Assembly (NCBI GenBank): GCA_031416075.1
Contig: JANOSY010000077.1
Span: 1 to 14,085, forward strand
Direction: 5' to 3'
Source of the DNA: Candidatus Tenderia sp.
GTDB taxonomy: Bacteria > Pseudomonadota > Gammaproteobacteria > Tenderiales > Tenderiaceae
DNA length: 14,085 bases
The translations under genes were made by a program, and so were the position numbers. The notes beneath the pieces were generated by a model. That model made no database searches, was not told the origin of the DNA, and saw only the letters and a program-made list of their open reading frames with translations. Shown piece by piece: positions 1 to 5,268 of this stretch (positions within the stretch are counted from its first letter, which is position 1; each line of letters opens with the position of its first letter).

Positions 1-482
1 TACCCTCCGCTCATAATTGATTACTCGCCGCGCCCAACTCGCTAGGGGTTGGGGGAGGTTCGTCTCTCGTTCCAATATTTGAGCTTGCCTGTCTGCTTCA
101 TTGTTTCAGCGGCGTTTGTGAAAAGATCAGGTTAGGAGAACTTCGTTCGTGGCCCTACATACATGCCCAACTCGATGAGCTAAAACGATGCAACCGTGTG
201 TTGAATGATGAACTCCAAAAAGAGTAAAGGCACTTGGTCAAATTGACGTTTTTGGTCTGATCGCCAGACAGCTAATCAGCGACTTCAGCCAAACCGATGA
301 CCCGCTATTACGTGAGTTTAGTGAAAGACTACATGCCGCGATAAATGACTTGTCTAGAATCAAGCCCCCTCGTTTTTGACGGTAGTCGGGCGATCTAACA
401 GGAAAACGGTCGGCTTCGTCAATCATCGTCAATATCATCCCGGCTGAAACCATGCGGTGGCCGATGGATGAGGTTGGCCCGC

Positions 483-647
483 GGCGAGTGGGTGCAGGTA
501 TTCGGCGATGCGAAGATGACGACTGCCCTACTGGATCGCGTCACCCGCCACTGCGACATCCTGAAGACGGGGAACGATTCCTATCGCTTCAAGCATCGTA
601 AAAATACCTCTCAGAAAACTAAAAAACTGGAATGTATTGGACGCTGA
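483..647 (+). pseudogene. istB: 3' remnant of IS21-family helper ATPase IstB
   Basis: Manual translation [40 protein letters not shown]...* matches the IstB C-terminal signature ([31 protein letters not shown]). Upstream sequence does not continue the protein, so it is 5'-truncated. Confidence 0.9.
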
Positions 648-677
648 TTAGTGGAAAGTATTGGATGCTGTTTGACA
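628..677 (+). mobile_element. IS21-family right end with tandem subterminal repeats
   Basis: TGGAATGTATTGGACGCTGA (628-647) and TGGAAAGTATTGGATGCTGT (652-671) repeat with a 24-bp period and end in ...TTGACA (677), overlapping and following the istB stop. This is the usual IS21 end layout (terminal CA, multiple repeats). Confidence 0.85.
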
Positions 678-691
678 CAGAGAAAACAGCA

Positions 692-737
692 ACATTATGG
701 AGCGCCCGCAAGTGATTGCTTTGGCGCTCCATAATGT
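692..737. repeat. Perfect 15-bp inverted repeat overlapping the TA promoter
   Basis: ACATTATGGAGCGCC (692-706) / GGCGCTCCATAATGT (723-737), with an inner GCAA-GTGA-TTGC mini-stem (708-719). Confidence 0.85.
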
Positions 738-755
738 ATATACTTTTGTTTAAAC
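716..755 (+). promoter_or_regulatory. sigma70 promoter and probable autoregulatory operator of the TA operon
   Basis: TTGCTT (716-721)-17 bp-TATACT (739-744). Palindromes GTATATAC (736-743) and GTTTAAAC (748-755) overlap or adjoin the -10. RBS AGGAG at 767-771. Confidence 0.7.
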
Positions 756-777
756 GTCTTTCATTCAGGAGCTGGTC

Positions 778-1032
778 ATGATTGAGGTGGTTCTCGATAT
801 CAAAAAGTGGGGCAATAATCTCGGTGTTCGGTTACCTGCCGCCATTGCCCGTGAAGCGCATCTGCACGCCGATCAGAGTGTGCGCATTTCAGTATCAGGT
901 AATCAGGTGATTATTTCACCAATCACCGATGAGCCACTCACGTTGGAGCAACGGCTGGCCTGTTTCGACCCGGCACGTCACGGTGGCGAAGTCATGGCAT
1001 CTGGTCAGGCAGTAGGGGCTGAACGGTGGTAG
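778..1032 (+). CDS. mazE: AbrB/MazE/SpoVT-family antitoxin
   Basis: 84 aa with N-terminal KKWGNNLGVRLP swapped-hairpin motif and C-terminal LTLEQRLA...HGGE...GAERW. Overlaps the toxin start. Confidence 0.92.
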   Translation: MIEVVLDIKKWGNNLGVRLPAAIAREAHLHADQSVRISVSGNQVIISPITDEPLTLEQRLACFDPARHGGEVMASGQAVGAERW

Positions 1033-1424
1033 CAACAAGGCCAGGTTCAATGGGGAAACAGAGGGCGTGGGTGCCTGATCGCCAGGGCATCATCTGGATC
1101 GACTGTAACCCCCAGATCGGGCAGGAAATGCGCGATATTCACCCGTTTCTGGTTCTGTCACCGCGTATTTTTAACGAGAAAACATCGCTGGTCATCGGGT
1201 TTCCCATGACAACAGCGGAATATAACGCCGACAACCCCTTTGCCGTAGTCGTTGGAAAGTCCGCGGGCCGTAAAACAGGAAAGACAAGCTACGTTCTCTG
1301 CCATCAACCGAAGTCATTCGACTGGCGATTGCGGGGAGGCAAGGCTCACCCGCTTAAGTCGTTAGCTGATGACCTGTTTGTGCAGGTATGTGAGCGCCTG
1401 AATCAGATTATTCAGATCGCGTAA
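1026..1424 (+). CDS. mazF: PemK/MazF-family endoribonuclease toxin
   Basis: WVPDRQGIIWIDCNPQIGQEMRDIHPFLVLS, PMTT and LCHQPKSFDWRLR are PemK-type motifs. GTG start overlaps the antitoxin 3' end; an alternative ATG is at 1050. Confidence 0.92.
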   Translation: MVATRPGSMGKQRAWVPDRQGIIWIDCNPQIGQEMRDIHPFLVLSPRIFNEKTSLVIGFPMTTAEYNADNPFAVVVGKSAGRKTGKTSYVLCHQPKSFDWRLRGGKAHPLKSLADDLFVQVCERLNQIIQIA

Positions 1425-1475
1425 GCTGGTAAAAATCAGTATCAAGATTCTTCACCACGATAGCAAAAATGGGTG

Positions 1476-1508
1476 AAAAACCCCCGGTCCGCAAACGCGA
1501 TACCGGGG
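1476..1508 (-). terminator. Rho-independent terminator between convergent toxin and helicase genes
   Basis: CCCCGGT (1482-1488) / ACCGGGG (1502-1508) stem, with A5 at 1476-1480 forming a U-tract on the minus strand. Confidence 0.65.
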
Positions 1509-1517
1509 TGAATGACA

Positions 1518-3281
1518 TCATGCAACCAACTGCTTGGCCAGGGCGATCTCGATGCTGTCACCGTCCTGGTTCAGAACATCAAGGCCCGTATCGGGTGTGT
1601 CGCCAGAGGTGGACTGCGACACCGCGATCTTCTTGGCCATGAGGGTCAGGCAGGGGATCTGCGCCGATTTTTCATACCACAGGAAATACACGTCTACGGG
1701 TTGCTTCTGGCCGATTCGCCATGAGCGGTGGGCGGCCTGTTGCAGGGTGTAGACGTTGTAGCCGGTCTGGACAAACACGATGGTCGGAAAGTCCAACAGA
1801 TCCAGGCCTGTCTTGACCAGCTCGGGGTTGGTAATCAGCATATCCACCCCGCGCTCGAGCTGGTCCAGGATCCAGTCCTCCCGCTTACTCGTGTCCACCG
1901 TGGCCCGTAACACCGACGCCTTGAACCCGGCCTGTGACAGCAAGGCCTTCAGGCGTGACGCGGTATCTCGGGTCCCCGTGTAGGTCGTGTAGACCAGCGC
2001 ACGCCGGCCACGGGACTTTTCGGCCCGGCAGATCTCCAGCAAACGCACCTCCTTGGGGCTCGCCTCATCCTCGCCGAAGACGGTTGGGACAAAGGCCAGC
2101 AGCTGCCGTGCGCGCGGATGTTTGACCACCTCCTCGCGGAAGCAGCAGTCCGGCCACGCCAGCAGCACGTTGAGGACCACACCCAGCAGGCTCTTATCAC
2201 CGCGCCGCAGGGCCTCTTTCAACCCCCCTTTAAGGTTCATCGCCAGTGCCTCGTAACGCGACTTCTGCTCACCGGCCATACCGACCTCGACGTAATGCTC
2301 CTGGTAAGGAGGCAATACATCTCCGCCGATCTCTTTCAGCTTCAGGAACACCGTATAGGGCAACACATACCTGGCGATGCCCTTGGGGCCGAAGCCTGAT
2401 CCCTTCTTGGTGTGGACTGTGACCTTTTTGCCCCGCGCGGTACGATGGCTAGCCCCTTCGGTCTCCTTGTAGACATCGATCAGGATCCCATGCTCACGCA
2501 TGAAGCCCATGCTGGTCGTCCCCAGGCTGCCGTGGCGGTTGCGGGTGTAGCCGTCCTCGATCATCTGCCGTGGCATGATGCGTCAGAAAAGATGAAACAG
2601 GTCGTCGGCATACCCTCCCATCAAGGTGCCCGTGAGGAGCAGCACCTTTTTAATCTTCGCCGCCAGGACCCCCATCGCCTGGCCCTGAGCACTCCCTTCG
2701 TTCTTGTACTCGTGTGCTTCGTCCACGATGAGCAAGTCGAAGTATCCCTGTGGCAGATACCGCTTCACAAACTCCGTGGGTTGGTATCCGCCCTGGCCAA
2801 AGGCGAACTCGGTGGTGCCCAGTGCCCGCTCGATGCGTTTTGCCTGGCTGTCGGAGAAGACCAGCTCGCCATCGCTGTCCATGAGGTTGACGAACTCATA
2901 GACATTGTCGGCCAGCATCCCCGTCAACAGCGCTTCGCCGAAGCGCTGCAGCAGTCGCTCCGCAGTTTTTGGACCAATGGTAGGAATTTGGCACAGGGCC
3001 TCCTTCATCACCGCCTGCCGGTCCTTGGGTTGGCCCGGGCGCATCAGCGTCCAGAGCGGTTCCCTGCATTGATTGCAGACACTCCGCCGATCCCCGGCAT
3101 GTTCCGCGAACCGATCAAGAGGGATGTAACTACCCTCATCATCGGTGACCGGTGTACCACAACGGCCACAGGCCGCCACCTTGATGGACTCCACGAAAGA
3201 GGGCGATGACTCATTGCCTTCCTCCGTGAAGCGCCGGCGGTGGAGCACCCGTACCGACACCGCTGGCCGCCAGTGAAACCC
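1518..3281 (-). pseudogene. ICE-associated SNF2/DEAH-like helicase, 5'-truncated with a premature stop
   Basis: ORFs 2583-3260 and 1518-2576 share one frame, separated by a single TGA (2583-2585: DLFHLF*RIMPRQMIEDGY). Motifs present: IVDEAHEYK, LTGTLMGGY, LVKTGLDL, RSWRIGQ, CxxC..CxxC and an HhH-like IPTIGPKTA. Similarity extends up to GFHWRPAV (~3281), where the IS21 end cuts it; motif I is missing. Confidence 0.85.
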
Positions 3282-3285
3282 CCTT

Positions 3286-3370
3286 TGTTGTCGCTGACCG
3301 AAAACTGACCCATTTATAGGCGTTGTGCCGATCCAAAATTGACCCAGGTGTTCTACTTGCCCTGCCTAAC
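3286..3370 (+). mobile_element. IS21-family left end
   Basis: Starts TGTTG at 3286. Subterminal repeats GCTGACCGAAAACTGACCCA (3293-3312) and GCCGATCCAAAATTGACCCA (3327-3346). Runs on into the istA RBS and start once the nested IS110 element is removed. Confidence 0.85.
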
Positions 3371-3480
3371 GAATGAAAGGGACTTCCCCGTCCCGAGGCG
3401 GCGGAGAAGTTTCCGCGAACGGCAACAAGTGCCATGATGGAATTTTGATCATTTCATCAACACCACAAAAGGGGAAGTCC

Positions 3481-4461
3481 ATGAACATTATCACCGTAGG
3501 AATCGATCTCGCCAAGAGCGTATTTGCCGTACATGGCGTCGATGATAGCGGCAAAGCCGCGCTGATCAAACCGAAAGTTTCACGCGCGGATTTGCTACCG
3601 CTGATCGCGCAACTGTCGCCGTGCCTGATCGGCATGGAAGCGTGTTCAGGTGCGCACCACTGGGCGCGGCTGTTCCGGCAGTATGGTCACACCGGCAAGC
3701 GCGGCAAGAACGATGCGGCGGATGCCGCCGCCATCTGCGAGGCGGTCACTCGCCCCACTATGCTGTTCGTCCCGGTCAAGGAAGAGCAACAACAGATCAT
3801 CCTGTGCCTGCACCGCACCCGGCAAGGGTTCGTCGAAGAGCGCACCGCCAGCTACAACCGCCTGCGCGGCCTGATCGCCGAGTTCGGCATCGTCCTGCCA
3901 CAGAAAGTCACCTGCCTGCGCCGCGAGATCGGCGCGCACCTGGAAGCCCTGCCGGGCTATGCCAACCTGTGCGTCGGTGACCTGCTGGCGCACGCCGATC
4001 AACTCGATGTGAAGATCGCCGAATACGAGCGCGCCATCGCCCAGGCAGCGCGTTACGATGCGCGCAGCCAACGGTTGATGACACTCCCCGGCATCGGCCC
4101 GGTCACCGCCAGTGCCATGCTGGCCAGCATCGGCGGCGGCCACGACTTCAAGAACGGACGCCAGGTGGCGGCGTGGATCGGACTGGTGCCGGGGCAATAC
4201 AGTAGCGGTGGCAAGGCGCGGTTGGGACGTATCACCAAGGCCGGAGATCATTACCTGCGCAGCCTGCTGATCATGGGCGCGCGAGCGATACTAAACAGTT
4301 TGGGCGACAAACAGGATCGCTTCAGCCGTTGGGCCAGATCATTACAGGAGCGGCGCGGCTACTGGCGCGCAGTGGTTGCCATCGCAGCGAAAAATGCGCG
4401 GCTGGCCTGGGCGGTGTTGAAGTACGGCGAAGATTTCAAACGGGAGCCGGGCAACATCTGA
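3481..4461 (+). CDS. IS110/IS1111 DEDD recombinase (326 aa), probable short in-frame deletion
   Basis: GIDLAK, MEACSGAHHWAR and KNDAADA form the DEDD tetrad; LPGIGP, GLVPGQYSSGGK (catalytic Ser loop), GDHYLR and AIAAKNAR are present. The ATG at 3481 follows AAGGGGAAG; the ORF-track start at 3373 lies inside the element end. Confidence 0.92.
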   Translation: MNIITVGIDLAKSVFAVHGVDDSGKAALIKPKVSRADLLPLIAQLSPCLIGMEACSGAHHWARLFRQYGHTGKRGKNDAADAAAICEAVTRPTMLFVPVKEEQQQIILCLHRTRQGFVEERTASYNRLRGLIAEFGIVLPQKVTCLRREIGAHLEALPGYANLCVGDLLAHADQLDVKIAEYERAIAQAARYDARSQRLMTLPGIGPVTASAMLASIGGGHDFKNGRQVAAWIGLVPGQYSSGGKARLGRITKAGDHYLRSLLIMGARAILNSLGDKQDRFSRWARSLQERRGYWRAVVAIAAKNARLAWAVLKYGEDFKREPGNI

Positions 4462-4549
4462 ACGAACAAAAAACCAAAACCGTCTGCCAACGAGAAGAGA
4501 CTCGAAAGGAATAGATACACCGCCGAGCGGCGATTAAAGAATCACCGAT

Positions 4550-4720
4550 GCACTGCCAGCGTTGATGTGAAGCGGGTTGGACCCGCGCCGGGAGAGCCTG
4601 ATCAACTTTATGGGGAGAAGTAGACCCCGACTAACGATTGAGGTCCCGGCGCGCGTCTTTCATCAGGGTCCGGGCGAATGCCCAATATGACCGTTTGTAG
4701 TTTAGCAGTCCTTCACCTTC
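4550..4720 (+). ncRNA. Putative bridge RNA / seekRNA of the IS1111 element (boundaries approximate)
   Basis: Perfect 10-bp stem CGCGCCGGGA (4584-4593) / TCCCGGCGCG (4644-4653) encloses an internal loop and a GGGG/CCCC hairpin. A second module has GGTC/GACC and GGGC/GCCC stems. Loop segments match target and donor junction sequences. Confidence 0.7.
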
Positions 4721-4842
4721 TTACACGATGCAAGCAGCGCGATTTGAAACGGAACAGAACAGGAAAAAACAATGAACTAAAAAAACATCAACAGCACTTG
4801 CGAATTTGGGGAAGCCCTTGTAGTTTAGGCAGGAGATAAAAG

Positions 4843-4908
4843 GTGATCACTATGGAAATGTTTGGAAAGATTCGACGGATGTATTTTCGCGACAATCTGT
4901 CGCTGCAT
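4843..4908 (+). pseudogene. istA: 5' stub of IS21-family transposase IstA
   Basis: RBS AGGAG (4831-4835) and GTG at 4843 give MITMEMFGKIRRMYFRDNLSLH, a typical IstA N-terminus. The sequence then switches abruptly to the opposite-strand deacetylase. Confidence 0.8.
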
Positions 4909-5251
4909 GTAGACGTTGAGGTAGCCGTCGTCCATGGTGAGGGCGATGGTTTTATCGGGCAGCGCTTTGCCGTGGCGTAGCTGTTCTATAGTCTTTGCCA
5001 GTGGCCAGACCTGGAAGTTGTTTTCTTGTAAAAATTTTAGCTGTGCTTCGAACTGATCGAGCCGGACGCTGGTGGTCGGGTAGCGGTCCTCGCCGACGTG
5101 GTGATACATCACCGCTACGGCGGAGTGCTGTGCGGCGTGGCTGCTGTTTATCTGGCTGAGGAACATGCTGGCCAGCAGGATGAGAGGGAGGTAATGGTTG
5201 AATATGGTGATTTTTAAACTGGCAGGAGGGGGTGTTGGGCGATGATAACAT
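4909..5251 (-). pseudogene. Polysaccharide deacetylase (NodB/PgaB-like) N-terminal fragment, 3'-truncated
   Basis: VMYHHVG, SVRLDQFEAQLKFL and KTIALTMDDGYLNVY (TFDDGY-type motif), then reads into antisense istA. A signal-peptide-like stretch (LPLILLASMFLSQINSSHA) precedes the domain. The true start is uncertain. Confidence 0.8.
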
Positions 5252-5262
5252 CGCCCAACACC
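5231..5262. repeat. Perfect 14-bp inverted repeat
   Basis: GGTGTTGGGCGATG-ATAA-CATCGCCCAACACC just after the ATPase stop codon, with no clear U-tract. Confidence 0.8.
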
Positions 5263-5268
5263 TTACGG

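Larger units (their letters stand above)
3371..4823 (+). mobile_element. IS110-family insertion sequence, IS1111 subgroup
   Basis: DEDD recombinase gene with subterminal IRs AAGGGACTTCCCC (3377-3389) / GGGGAAGCCCTT (4808-4819) and a ~360-bp 3' non-coding region. No target duplication except one shared G (3371/4823). Removing the element restores a 9-bp hairpin. Confidence 0.9.

Noticed and set aside
238-453. 71-aa minus-strand ORF
   Set aside because: No recognisable motif or RBS, and the opposite strand looks more protein-like.
2583-2585. TGA recoding (Trp or Sec readthrough)
   Set aside because: TGA is a normal stop in other genes here, and the gene is already 5'-truncated, so nonsense decay is the simpler explanation.
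2412-3209. Long antisense or overlapping ORFs (also 3646-4251, 9605-10231, 10343-10855, 12923-13363 and others)
   Set aside because: These are shadow frames of well-supported GC-rich genes with no recognisable motifs.
3373-3480. N-terminal extension of the IS110 ORF
   Set aside because: It lies in the element's left end and subterminal IR. Family similarity and the RBS start at 3481.
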